From a bacterium (GTDB lineage: Bacteria > Patescibacteriota > Minisyncoccia > UBA6257 > GWB1-50-10): a DNA stretch of 64,000 nt. The position numbers and the translations under genes were made by a program. This document shows positions 1-9,571 of the stretch, piece after piece (the stretch's first letter is position 1; each line of letters begins with the position of its first letter). Below the pieces are notes generated by a model. The model was not told the DNA's origin. It worked only from the letters and a program-made list of their open reading frames with translations, and did no database searches. Where the stretch lies: the NCBI GenBank assembly GCA_021814165.1, contig JAKAIX010000001.1:216369-280368 (forward strand), written 5' to 3'.

Positions 1-209
1 TCGGGCTTATTCTCACGTTCGGGCTCCTTAAACCGTACTTCTCGGCGAATCCGATTGATTTCCCCTTCTCGGACGGCATTTTGGTCGTTACGCCGTGGAG
101 TGCGGGGATCCGCGTCGCGATTCTTATCATCGTCACGATTCTTGCGGGATTCATCCCCGCGAAACTCATCGTGAGAAAGAATACGCTCGATTCGATTCTC
201 GGGCGCTAA
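1..209 (+). CDS. ABC transporter permease (FtsX/LolE-like), C-terminal fragment
   Basis: Manual translation ...GIRVAILIIVTILAGFIPAKLIVRKNTLDSILGR* (TAA at 207-209); typical FtsX-domain C-terminus, directly upstream of a LolD-like ATPase; truncated by window edge. Confidence 0.8.
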   Translation, partial: GLILTFGLLKPYFSANPIDFPFSDGILVVTPWSAGIRVAILIIVTILAGFIPAKLIVRKNTLDSILGR

Positions 210-222
210 TATAACCACACCT

Positions 223-903
223 ATGATACGAGTACAACAACTCTTCAAAAAATATCAGGATGGCGCGTCGGAAACAATCGTTCTGAAACACCTCGATCTT
301 GAGATCAAGACCGGCGAGTTTGTGGCGATCATCGGCCCCTCCGGCGCCGGAAAATCGACGCTTCTCTACCAACTCTCGCTCCTCGACAAACCCACATCGG
401 GAGAGATATGGCTCGACGAGGTGAAAACCTCGGAACTGAATGAGGTCGAGAAAACGGCCATGCGGCTCAATAAATTCGGATATGTGTTCCAGGATTACGC
501 ACTTCTTCCCGAACTCACCGCCGCGGAGAACGTGATGCTTCCCATTCTCATGCAGGGCTTGGGACATCATGAAGCGCGCAGAAAAGCGGAACGCGCGCTC
601 GGAAGGATCGGCCTCGAGAGTAAAATAAAGAGCCTCCCGAGTCAGCTCTCCGGAGGAGAACAACAGAGAGTTTCGATCGCCCGCGCGATCGCTCACAATC
701 CTATTATTCTCTTTGCGGATGAACCGACCGCAAACCTCGATTCCGCAAACGGCAGGGTGGTCATGGACGCATTCTCGGAAATTCACGACGACAAGCAGAC
801 GATCGTGATGGTAACGCACGAACCGGAATACGCGAAACGCGCGCATCGCATCGTAACGCTCAAGGACGGAAGAATAACTTCGGACGAGCGAGGAGAAAAG
901 TAA
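223..903 (+). CDS. ABC transporter ATP-binding protein (LolD/MacB-type)
   Basis: Walker A GPSGAGKS, signature LSGGEQQRV, Walker B ILFADEPT, H-loop VTHE. Confidence 0.95.
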   Translation: MIRVQQLFKKYQDGASETIVLKHLDLEIKTGEFVAIIGPSGAGKSTLLYQLSLLDKPTSGEIWLDEVKTSELNEVEKTAMRLNKFGYVFQDYALLPELTAAENVMLPILMQGLGHHEARRKAERALGRIGLESKIKSLPSQLSGGEQQRVSIARAIAHNPIILFADEPTANLDSANGRVVMDAFSEIHDDKQTIVMVTHEPEYAKRAHRIVTLKDGRITSDERGEK

Positions 904-906
904 ATC

Positions 907-1305
907 CTATTCCTTTTGCAGCCCGAGATGGGCGGCAATCTTTCCAATCACCTCCTCAACGGAGGTATTCGATTTTACGAGATATTCGTCCGCCTTGACG
1001 CCCGTCGCTTCTTCGACATATTCCGGATGTTCGTCGAGATTGGTAAGAATAATGACGGGGATGCGCTTCATGCGGGGATCCGCTTTCATCCTTCGAAGCA
1101 CCTCGTAACCGTTCATCTTCGGCATCACCAGATCAAGAAGCACCAGATCCACATGCTCCGTTTCCAATTTCGAGAGACCCGCTTCTCCCGTTAACGCAGA
1201 AATAACTTTTCCGCCCGCAAGCTGGATCCGTTTTTCATACATCCGCTCCAGAAGCTCATCGTCCTCGACAAGAAGAATTGTTTTGCCTCCAAGTTCAACG
1301 CTCAT
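907..1305 (-). CDS. Single-domain response regulator (REC)
   Basis: ILLVEDD, DLVLLDLVMPKMNG, IILTN, YLVK motifs. Confidence 0.93.
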   Translation of the reverse strand: MSVELGGKTILLVEDDELLERMYEKRIQLAGGKVISALTGEAGLSKLETEHVDLVLLDLVMPKMNGYEVLRRMKADPRMKRIPVIILTNLDEHPEYVEEATGVKADEYLVKSNTSVEEVIGKIAAHLGLQKE

Positions 1306-1309
1306 ACTA

Positions 1310-1690
1310 TTACGTCGTTAATTCTTTTATCTTCTCTATTATTTCTTTCGGAGTGTGCTGGCTCTTGATAAGGGAAAGTGTCGCCCCTATTTTGAGGGCC
1401 TCGTTCTCGCTTCCGTCTCCCATGGAGAGGTTCGTGAGCACGATTACGGGAATGTCCTTCACCTCCGGCATTTGTTTTATTCTTTTCAACGCATCAAGAC
1501 CGTTCATCTCGGGCATCATAAGATCCAGGAGTATCACTAACGGTTTTGTCCCGGGAGCGGAGAGTTTCTGGATGGCTTCGACTCCGGTCATCGCATGCTC
1601 AACTTCGAATCCGTTCAGAGTAAGCGCCCGTTCGTAAAGCCGTATCATCAGGGGATCATCTTCGACAAGAAGTACTTTCTTCCCTTCCAT
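1310..1690 (-). CDS. Single-domain response regulator (REC)
   Basis: VLLVEDD, LLDLMMPEMNG, IVLTN, LIK motifs; start placed at ATG 1690. Confidence 0.92.
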   Translation of the reverse strand: MEGKKVLLVEDDPLMIRLYERALTLNGFEVEHAMTGVEAIQKLSAPGTKPLVILLDLMMPEMNGLDALKRIKQMPEVKDIPVIVLTNLSMGDGSENEALKIGATLSLIKSQHTPKEIIEKIKELTT

Positions 1691-1704
1691 ACTATCCCAG
1701 TATA

Positions 1705-3876
1705 TCACATTTTTTCGGGAAGAGTGAAACTGAACGTGCTCCCCTTTCCTTCTTCGCTTTTTTCGAGCTGAATCGTTCCTCCCATATCCTCAATGAGCAG
1801 CTTCGAAATATAAAGCCCGAGCCCCGTTCCCTTGGTGACGCCCCTCGTCATGATGTTTTCTCCCGCCTGCTGGAATTTCTTGAACAGAAACTGCCTGCTT
1901 CCTTCTTTGATCCCCACTCCGGTATCGGTGACGAGGACTTTCACGGCATGGCGTTCTTCTTTCCTCACCGCGACTGTGACGCTCCCCTTCGGGGTGTAGT
2001 TGATAGCGTTCCCCACGAGATTAAACAGAATCTGCTTGGTACGCTCCTTGTCTCCTACCGCGAGCGGAACGTCCGGTGCGGCATCGAGCGAGAGCGCGAT
2101 ATCTTTCTTTGCCGCGAGATTTCCGAGCTCGTGAACGACTCCCTTTGCCGTCGTCACGAGATCAATGGGTTCTTTTTTCAGATCAATCCGGTGCTGCTCG
2201 ATGTGAGAAACATCCAGAAAGTCGTTTACAAGAGAGATGAGGCGGATGCTCGCATCATGCACGTCGCTTATCATGTCCAGCACTTCTTTGTCTTTGATCT
2301 TCGCTCCATAGAATTCCTGAATCATTTCAATGTTCCCGCGGATCGCCGTAAGCGGCGTGCGAAGTTCGTGCGATGCGATAAGAAAAAATTCATCCCGCGT
2401 GCGTTCAAGCAGCTTCGCCTCGGTTATGTCTTCAACCAAAAGCACATAACCGATAACTTCTTCATGGTCCCGCACCATAACGATCGGGGTGAACACCGCG
2501 CGGAGAATCTTTTTCCCGAACGTCACTTCTTTTAACTCAACGACGTTCCGCGTCCGCATGCACTCCGCCGCGTGCGCTTTGAAATCAAGCGCGCTCTCAA
2601 GCGCCGCAGCTACCGTTTCAACCATCACATTCGTCTTTCCAAGTTCGAAGATGCCGTCCACGGCGGAGTTTTTGAGGATGATATGCCCATGAACATCGGC
2701 GAGTATGAATCCTAAAGTAAGATTATTTATGGATGCGAGAAGACGCGCCTGTTCTTCGCGCAGCTCCCGAATCAATTCCGCAAGACGTCCGGTCATGTCA
2801 TTGAAGCTGCCCGCAAGCTGCCCTATTTCGTCATTCGAATCGACGCGTATATGCACACCGAGATTCCCTTTGCGAATTTCCTCGGCGACGTTACGAAGAT
2901 AAATAATCGGCTTCGTAATCCGTTCGGACAAGAATGATCCGACCACAAGGGCGAGCACCAAGCTGAAGATAAGAATAAGGAATGACAGCTCGGCGAAACG
3001 AATGAGAGCCGCGTACGCTTCGGTGACGGGGACCTCGACTACCACCGCCCAGTCGGGCATGCCGAGAGGCGCGTAGGTGGACACGACATAGGTATCCAGG
3101 ATTCCCTTCGATAGGGTTATGGAAGGACTGGGTAACCCGTTGATAAAATCGTTCACTTCTTGAATGCGCGCAAGATTATCGCGTTGTAACACGCGGCTTA
3201 CGTCGCCGAAAGCGATAAGATTGCCGCCCCGATCGACGACATAGGCGAGCCCGTTTTTCCCGATCGTGAGCTTCCCCACCAGATCCCACATGAATTTCAG
3301 ATTCACCTCCGCAGCGAGCGTCCCCTTTACGTCGCCGAACACATCCTTAAGAGGGACCGCCATGATAACAAGCGGCTCATTCGTAATCTGATCGATGAGT
3401 ACCTGGCTGATATATCTCTTCCCCTGGCCTATCACCGTATCATGGAGACCGGTTTGTATCCTCTCTCCGATTGATTCTTCGGGAACCAAACTCGATGACC
3501 GCGAAACCTTGGAAAGCTGCACATCGGTCATACCGGAAAACGTAATCCAGCGAAACGACGTGTCCGATCCGAGCAATCTTTCAAGCGCTAGCGTTCGCGT
3601 CTCCGGACTCATTGTTGCGAGATTATTGAACCTGGCAGCGGCCTCAAGTTCGCTGAAACGCCCCTCCACGAAGCCCCGCACCGATCCCGCCGCACTGCCC
3701 GCAATGAGCCGCTGCTGCTCTTGAACGGCATCTTTCTCCGAAATAAAACCAAAATACGCTTCAAGAATACTCGAGACGGCAAGCACTACGACTCCCAAAA
3801 ACAAAAAAGCGAGCGTAAGCGTTACTCTCAAACTCCTGAACGGCTTTCCCTGTCGTGAAATTTCTTTGGTAACCAT
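1705..3876 (-). CDS. Membrane sensor histidine kinase (Cache-HAMP-PAS-like-HisKA-HATPase)
   Basis: Two TM segments, Cache-like YVVDRGGNLIA, HAMP (DEIGQLAGSFNDM), H-box ASHELRTPL, N-box NLVGNAINYT, DTGVGI, GTGLGL; start at ATG 3876, downstream of a TATAAT. Confidence 0.93.
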   Translation of the reverse strand: MVTKEISRQGKPFRSLRVTLTLAFLFLGVVVLAVSSILEAYFGFISEKDAVQEQQRLIAGSAAGSVRGFVEGRFSELEAAARFNNLATMSPETRTLALERLLGSDTSFRWITFSGMTDVQLSKVSRSSSLVPEESIGERIQTGLHDTVIGQGKRYISQVLIDQITNEPLVIMAVPLKDVFGDVKGTLAAEVNLKFMWDLVGKLTIGKNGLAYVVDRGGNLIAFGDVSRVLQRDNLARIQEVNDFINGLPSPSITLSKGILDTYVVSTYAPLGMPDWAVVVEVPVTEAYAALIRFAELSFLILIFSLVLALVVGSFLSERITKPIIYLRNVAEEIRKGNLGVHIRVDSNDEIGQLAGSFNDMTGRLAELIRELREEQARLLASINNLTLGFILADVHGHIILKNSAVDGIFELGKTNVMVETVAAALESALDFKAHAAECMRTRNVVELKEVTFGKKILRAVFTPIVMVRDHEEVIGYVLLVEDITEAKLLERTRDEFFLIASHELRTPLTAIRGNIEMIQEFYGAKIKDKEVLDMISDVHDASIRLISLVNDFLDVSHIEQHRIDLKKEPIDLVTTAKGVVHELGNLAAKKDIALSLDAAPDVPLAVGDKERTKQILFNLVGNAINYTPKGSVTVAVRKEERHAVKVLVTDTGVGIKEGSRQFLFKKFQQAGENIMTRGVTKGTGLGLYISKLLIEDMGGTIQLEKSEEGKGSTFSFTLPEKM

Positions 3877-3977
3877 ATTCCTGACCCCGTGTATTGTATT
3901 ATACAACATGCGGCGAAATACCTCGCCACGAGTGGCGGGATATTTCCAAAAACCGTTGTCTGCTCACGGAGAGTCGG

Positions 3978-6380
3978 CTACTTTTTTCTCTTCTTTACAC
4001 CGACGGAATGCCCTCCGAATTGATTGCGGAGCATCGAGAGAATGCGCCCCGTATAGCTCGGCTTCCTGGACGATTGCACGCGGAATACAAACGAGTCCTC
4101 GATTACCGGCACGGGCACGCGGAGTTTCTTCGCCGTCCGTACAGTCCATTCTCCTTCACCCGTGTGTGCCACCGATCCGGACACGCCTTCAAGAGCGCTG
4201 CCATATAGTTCAATACCGTTTCTCAACCATTCCACCAATCGTGACTCGATTACGCTCCCTCTTCCGTAGACGCGCGCGACTTCCTTCAAGTCGGCCGCCA
4301 AGCCCGATTTTTTCATCACCGCGAATCCTTCCGCAAGCGCCTGCATCATCCCGTACTCGATCCCGTTATGCACCATCTTCACGAAATGACCCGCGCCCGA
4401 TTTCCCCATATACCCGTATCCTCCGCGAAGCGCGAGATCCGCAAACAAGGGCTTCAGATATTCGACTATCGCCTTCTCGCCGCCTATCATGAGCGACGCT
4501 CCGTTCCTCGCGCCGGAGGGACCCCCGGAAACGCCGACATCGACAAAACGAATTCCCGCCTTCGCGAGCTTCTTCCCCCGCCGCATCGAATCTTCAAAAA
4601 AAGAATTTCCACCGTCAATGACAATATCTCCCCGCTTCAGGTGCGCCGTAATGCCCTCTTTCCCGAAAAGCATTTCGTCAACCGGTTTTCCCGCGGGAAC
4701 CATGAGCCACACGATGCGCGGGGCGGAAAGACCCCCGATGAGTTCTTTTACGGATCCGACACCTCGCATTCCTTCAAGCTCGAGACGCCGCACCGACTCG
4801 GGGGTTCTGTTCCACACCGACACGTTCCATCCTTTTTCCCGAAGGCGGCGGGCGATATTCGCCCCCATCTTCCCGAGGCCTACTATCCCTATCTCTTTTT
4901 TAAAATCTAACTTGGAGAACGCGGCATCCATGGCGTCCGCCTCCCTTAACACCGAATCAGAATCCGGCTCATAGCGCGCAAGAGGCGTAAACCCCCGTTC
5001 CCATCCCCGAACGATTGGATCGACGAACTTCCACATCGCACGTATTTCTTCGCTCGAAACGAAAAGCGTTTGATCGTCGGAGATGCAATCCAGAAGAAGT
5101 TTTTCATATTCTTCCGTATATTGCACGCGTGTACCGCTTTTTCTGAAGGTGAAAGCGAAACTTCGTTCCTCAAGCTTCATCGCGTGCCCCGGCTTCTTCG
5201 ACCAAAAGCGAATCGTGATTCCTTCTTTCGGCTCAAGATGTATTATGAGCGAATTCTTATAATGCCGCCCCGCTGAAGGCGGGCACATGCAGGGTGTCGG
5301 GTGGCGAAAAATAATCTCTACTTCTTTCAGCCGCTTTCCCATGCGTTTTCCCGATTCCATGGTAATATCTACGTCTCTCCAGCGCGGCGAGGTGAGTTCC
5401 GCATGCACTCTGAAATAGGTTTCTTTTTCCGAATCCGACGCTACTCCTTTTATCTGCCGATAGCCGTTATATTGGGCGCGAAACGTTCCTCGCCGTATAT
5501 CTTCACGGGAAGGAGTTTTGAGCGCCGAGAGCGCTTTCGCCCGCTCGGTCCGTATGTCGCCCGCGGAAAAACTTGCGGGCTGGTTCATGATAAGAAGCGC
5601 GAGAATCTGGAGAAGGTGGTTCTGGCCCATGTCACGAAGCGCTCCTACACCGTCGTAAAATCCGCCGCGATCTTCGACGCCGATGGGTTCCAGAAGCCGC
5701 ATTCGTATCTGCTCGATAAGTTCGTTCCCCCAGTTCGTCTCGAAAAGATTATTCGAGAAACGAAATGTAAGAATGTTCTGAAGCATCTCTTTCGCGAGAT
5801 AGTGATCAATCCGATAAATCTGCTCCTCGCGAAACAGGATTTTGAGAAGATGTTCAAGCTCTTTCGCGCCCTGAAGATCCATCCCGAACGGTTTTTCGAC
5901 AATCACGCGCGTCCATCCCTCATTAGGACCGCCGCACGGCTTCGAAAGCCCGCTCTTCGCAAGATTACCAAGAATTTCGGGATATAATTGCGGCGGAACG
6001 GCAAGATACAATAATTTGTTCGAGCACATTCCCCACTTCCCGTCTATCGCGCGCAGGGTCTCGGCAAGCGCCATATAGTCCTTGAGGGACCCGAACGCCC
6101 CCTGCACATAAGAGTACAGCCCCGAAAATGCACGGGCATCCTTCGTGTTGCCGCGATTCGCTTCCCCGCGCAGCTTTAAAATTTCAAGCACCCGATTTTG
6201 AAAGTCGCGTTCGCCGATGTCGCGGCGCGCGAATCCCACCACGCGAAACATTTGCGGGAGCGCGCCGCTTTTAAAAAGGCGGAAGAGCGCGGGGGTTATT
6301 TTTTTCGTCATAAGGTCGCCCGTCGCGCCAAAAACGACCACCACGGTGGGGATCGGCGATTGAGGCATGAAATCTTCCAT
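3978..6380 (-). CDS. zwf-gnd: Fused glucose-6-phosphate dehydrogenase / 6-phosphogluconate dehydrogenase (short decarboxylating type)
   Basis: G6PD motifs FGATGDL, EKPFG, RIDHYLAKE, RDMGQNH, followed in frame by 6PGD motifs GLGKMG, IDGGNS, GVSGG, GHFVKMVHNGIEYGMMQ; start uncertain (6368-6401). Confidence 0.9.
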   Translation of the reverse strand: MEDFMPQSPIPTVVVVFGATGDLMTKKITPALFRLFKSGALPQMFRVVGFARRDIGERDFQNRVLEILKLRGEANRGNTKDARAFSGLYSYVQGAFGSLKDYMALAETLRAIDGKWGMCSNKLLYLAVPPQLYPEILGNLAKSGLSKPCGGPNEGWTRVIVEKPFGMDLQGAKELEHLLKILFREEQIYRIDHYLAKEMLQNILTFRFSNNLFETNWGNELIEQIRMRLLEPIGVEDRGGFYDGVGALRDMGQNHLLQILALLIMNQPASFSAGDIRTERAKALSALKTPSREDIRRGTFRAQYNGYRQIKGVASDSEKETYFRVHAELTSPRWRDVDITMESGKRMGKRLKEVEIIFRHPTPCMCPPSAGRHYKNSLIIHLEPKEGITIRFWSKKPGHAMKLEERSFAFTFRKSGTRVQYTEEYEKLLLDCISDDQTLFVSSEEIRAMWKFVDPIVRGWERGFTPLARYEPDSDSVLREADAMDAAFSKLDFKKEIGIVGLGKMGANIARRLREKGWNVSVWNRTPESVRRLELEGMRGVGSVKELIGGLSAPRIVWLMVPAGKPVDEMLFGKEGITAHLKRGDIVIDGGNSFFEDSMRRGKKLAKAGIRFVDVGVSGGPSGARNGASLMIGGEKAIVEYLKPLFADLALRGGYGYMGKSGAGHFVKMVHNGIEYGMMQALAEGFAVMKKSGLAADLKEVARVYGRGSVIESRLVEWLRNGIELYGSALEGVSGSVAHTGEGEWTVRTAKKLRVPVPVIEDSFVFRVQSSRKPSYTGRILSMLRNQFGGHSVGVKKRKK

Positions 6381-6465
6381 AGAGGTCATTATCGGCTCCA
6401 TCCGTGAGAATGGCAAGCAAAGAGAAAAAAACGTATACTTATCACGAAGACAAAAGCGACTGCGT

Positions 6466-7743
6466 ATGTTTAAGGGTGCACGAACATTTTTTAAGGCCGC
6501 GGGTCCCGGTGTCATTACCGGCGCGGCGGATGACGATCCTTCGGGAATCGCTACATACACCCAGACGGGCGCACAGTTCGGCTACGGCCAGCTTTGGACG
6601 GCGGCATTCCTGCTTCCTTTTATGATCGCCACCCAGGAAGCATGCGCGCGCATAGGAGCCGTCACCGGCAAAGGGATCGCCGCCGTCATAAAGGAACATT
6701 ATTCGAAAAAAGCGCTGTATACCGCGCTTCTCTTCGTTATTGTGGCAAATACCATCAATATCGGCGCCGATCTCGGCGCGATGGGGGCGGCGGCGCAACT
6801 CATCATTCCCGTTAATTTCGCCGTGCTTACGCTTCTCTTCACGGCGATCATCCTGCTCCTCGAAATATTCGTTTCCTATCGGCTCTATTCGAGAATCCTG
6901 AAATGGTTAACGCTCGCGCTCATCGCGTATCCCGCAACGCTCTTTCTCGTACAGCAACCCTGGGGGACCCTTCTCCACGCGACGTTCATCCCCCATTTCG
7001 AATTCAGCTTTGCGTTTCTCTTTATTATTACCGGCGTCCTCGGCACCACCATTTCTCCTTATATGTTTTTCTGGCAGGCGTCCGAAGAAGTCGAGGAGGA
7101 AAAGAAACGGCACATGCTGAGAAACGGCGTTCCGCACATCACGAAGAAATTTATTCGCTTTCTGCGGCTCGATACGTTCGCAGGTATGCTCTCTTCGGAA
7201 CTCGCCACGTGGTGCATTATCGCGGTATCCGCGACCGTGCTTCACGGGAACGGTTTGACCGACGTGGGAACCGCGGCAGACGCCGCAAAAGCCCTCGAAC
7301 CGCTGGTACACACCTTCCCGAATGCGGGGCTTATCGCAAAAGCGATCTTTGCGACAGGCATCGTAAGTCTCGGTTTCCTTGCGGTTCCGATTCTCTCGGC
7401 ATCCGCGTCATACGCGCTTTCCGAAACGCTCAATTGGAAAGAAGGGCTGAATTTGAAGCTCAAGAAAGCGCACGGGTTTTACGGCGTGATTACAATCGCC
7501 ACACTGATAGGCCTTGCCATCAACTTCATCGGGATAAATCCCATCAAGGCGCTTATTTTCGCCGCGGTTTTGAACGGCATTGCCGCCGTGCCGCTTCTTT
7601 TCATTATCGCGCGCATCGCACGAAACCAGACAATAATGGGGGTGTACCGCAGCGGAACGCTCTCAACCATTCTTGTCTGGACGACATTCTTTCTTATGAC
7701 GATCGCCGCGATCGCGATGTTCTTCACGATCGGCGGGAACTAA
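6466..7743 (+). CDS. NRAMP-family divalent metal cation transporter
   Basis: GPGVITGAADDDPSGIATY and GTTISPY motifs, many TM helices; start uncertain. Confidence 0.9.
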   Translation: MFKGARTFFKAAGPGVITGAADDDPSGIATYTQTGAQFGYGQLWTAAFLLPFMIATQEACARIGAVTGKGIAAVIKEHYSKKALYTALLFVIVANTINIGADLGAMGAAAQLIIPVNFAVLTLLFTAIILLLEIFVSYRLYSRILKWLTLALIAYPATLFLVQQPWGTLLHATFIPHFEFSFAFLFIITGVLGTTISPYMFFWQASEEVEEEKKRHMLRNGVPHITKKFIRFLRLDTFAGMLSSELATWCIIAVSATVLHGNGLTDVGTAADAAKALEPLVHTFPNAGLIAKAIFATGIVSLGFLAVPILSASASYALSETLNWKEGLNLKLKKAHGFYGVITIATLIGLAINFIGINPIKALIFAAVLNGIAAVPLLFIIARIARNQTIMGVYRSGTLSTILVWTTFFLMTIAAIAMFFTIGGN

Positions 7744-7762
7744 TACGCTCCCAAATTATCCA

Positions 7763-7836
7763 GCATTCATCCCTCCGAACGAGGGTAAGACTTGGCCAAG
7801 CGGCCCGGAGCGCCCGAGCTGAGGAGGGATGAATGC
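7763..7836. repeat. Dispersed hairpin element, copy 1 (56-nt core plus 14-bp terminal inverted repeat)
   Basis: Core 7772-7827 is identical to the reverse complement of 22120-22175; terminal IR GCATTCATCCCTCC/GGAGGGATGAATGC. Confidence 0.9.
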
Positions 7837-7847
7837 GGGATTATCCA

Positions 7848-8291
7848 TCACTTTGTTGCCGTATTCGGTCTGAGTTGAACCGTTTGCGCGGTGATGCTGC
7901 CGTCCTGATTCAACACGCCCTGCACGGTAACCTGCGATCCGAGCGCGAGATCATCTTTCGATCCCTCGACGGACTTCATGACTTTCGTCGCATCGGAGAA
8001 AATGACGATTCTAGAACTTCCATCGTTCAATTTTAGAGTGATGCCGGTATCGCTCTTCGAGAGAATTTCTCCCCCCGCAAAGCCACCGTTCCCCTGGCCC
8101 GAAAAGGATCGCTGCCTGCCGTTTTGCGCTCCTGCCTGCGCAGGCAGGCCCGTCTGTCCCTGGAAAGTTCTCCCCGACCCGAGACCGTTTTGTGAAACCG
8201 AGTTTCCCTTCTCTATCTGCATGCCTGCGAAGAATCCGATTCCACCCGCTACTACAGCGGCAATGATTACGTACCAAATTGTTTTTTTCAT
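7848..8291 (-). CDS. Membrane-anchored hypothetical protein (DUF5666-like beta domain) in MacAB cluster
   Basis: N-terminal TM helix, Gly-rich linker, GEILSK...DGSITAQTVQ beta domain. Confidence 0.75.
   Translation of the reverse strand: MKKTIWYVIIAAVVAGGIGFFAGMQIEKGNSVSQNGLGSGRTFQGQTGLPAQAGAQNGRQRSFSGQGNGGFAGGEILSKSDTGITLKLNDGSSRIVIFSDATKVMKSVEGSKDDLALGSQVTVQGVLNQDGSITAQTVQLRPNTATK
8131..8148. repeat. 18-bp perfect palindrome CCTGCCTGCGCAGGCAGG, in frame within a CDS
   Basis: Identical copies at 27576-27593 and 45596-45613. Confidence 0.9.
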
Positions 8292-8347
8292 GTTATTTCT
8301 TTATTGCCACAAAAATCGTCGACCTGCGATCTCTTTTGAACGTAACG

Positions 8348-9571
8348 TCACTCGTACCGGAGCGCTTCGATCGGATTCAGCCCCGCAGCGCGCCGCGCGG
8401 GATAGTATCCGAATATAATGCCGATAATCGCGGATACTCCGAAGGCAAGCAGGATGGATGACGAAGAAATCTGCGTCGCGATCCCGGTGAACTGGGTGAC
8501 CGCGAACGAGATAAGCCATCCGAACAGCACGCCGATGACGCCTCCGGAAAATGTGAGCATTACCGACTCGGCGAGAAACTGGATGCTAATGTCTTTTCTC
8601 TTCGCTCCGATGGCTTTTCGAAGACCGATTTCTCTCGTGCGCTCGGTAACCGTGGTAAGCATCATGTTCATGATGCCGATCCCGCCCACAAGAAGCGAGA
8701 TCCCCGCTATCGCGGCAAGAAGCATGGTAAAGGTATTGGTGATCGAAGAGGCGGTCGCTACGATGTCCGCCTGATTCAGCACGTTGAAGTCGGCAAGCTG
8801 CGGATCCGAGATATGATGCCGATCGAGAAGAAGACTCGTCACTTCCTCCTGCGCGGCGGTCATGGAATTCTGATCCTGTACCTGGATGCTTATCGTCGTC
8901 ACGTAATCGTCGCCCGCAAGGAGTTTCTGGGCGGTTTTTAGCGGGATAAATATCATATCGTCCTGATTGCCGAATCCGGTTCCTCCTTTTGATTTCGTAA
9001 TGCCTACCACCTTGAAATCGATGCCGTTTATCTTTATCGTTTCTCCTATCGGATCACTCCCTTCCCCGAAAAGATCGTCGCGAGTCGTCGGCCCCAGGAC
9101 CGCAACTCTCGCAAGACTCAAAACGTTCTGATCGGTGATGAACGATCCCTGGTCTATTTCCACGTTGCGGACTTGAGAGTAACTTGCGACGGTCCCCACC
9201 ACCTGGGTATTCGTATTGGTTCCCCGCGCGACAATCTGGTAACGCCTCGAGATTTCAGGAGCGATGGCACGAGCCAACGTGATTTGCTTTATGATCGCAT
9301 CCGCGTCGTCCTGCGTAAGCGTCTGTGCCGACCCCCTGCCCGAACTTACCTGGTATCCGGGACCGCGCTGAGCGCCCGGCATTACGAGAAGCAAGTTCGA
9401 TCCGATCGACTGGATACTGGACTCGATCGAACCCTGCGCACCCTGTCCGATCGAAACCATCGCGATCACGGAACCGATGCCGATCACGATTCCGAGAATG
9501 GTGAGCCCCGAACGCACCTTGTTCACGGTGAGCGATGAATACGTTTCTTCAAAGAGATCCCGAATCGTCAT
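8348..9571 (-). CDS. MacB-like ABC transporter permease
   Basis: RSGLTILGIVIGI, GGIGIMNMML..V.ERTREIGLRKAIGA, PARRAAGLNPIEALRYE. Confidence 0.95.
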   Translation of the reverse strand: MTIRDLFEETYSSLTVNKVRSGLTILGIVIGIGSVIAMVSIGQGAQGSIESSIQSIGSNLLLVMPGAQRGPGYQVSSGRGSAQTLTQDDADAIIKQITLARAIAPEISRRYQIVARGTNTNTQVVGTVASYSQVRNVEIDQGSFITDQNVLSLARVAVLGPTTRDDLFGEGSDPIGETIKINGIDFKVVGITKSKGGTGFGNQDDMIFIPLKTAQKLLAGDDYVTTISIQVQDQNSMTAAQEEVTSLLLDRHHISDPQLADFNVLNQADIVATASSITNTFTMLLAAIAGISLLVGGIGIMNMMLTTVTERTREIGLRKAIGAKRKDISIQFLAESVMLTFSGGVIGVLFGWLISFAVTQFTGIATQISSSSILLAFGVSAIIGIIFGYYPARRAAGLNPIEALRYE

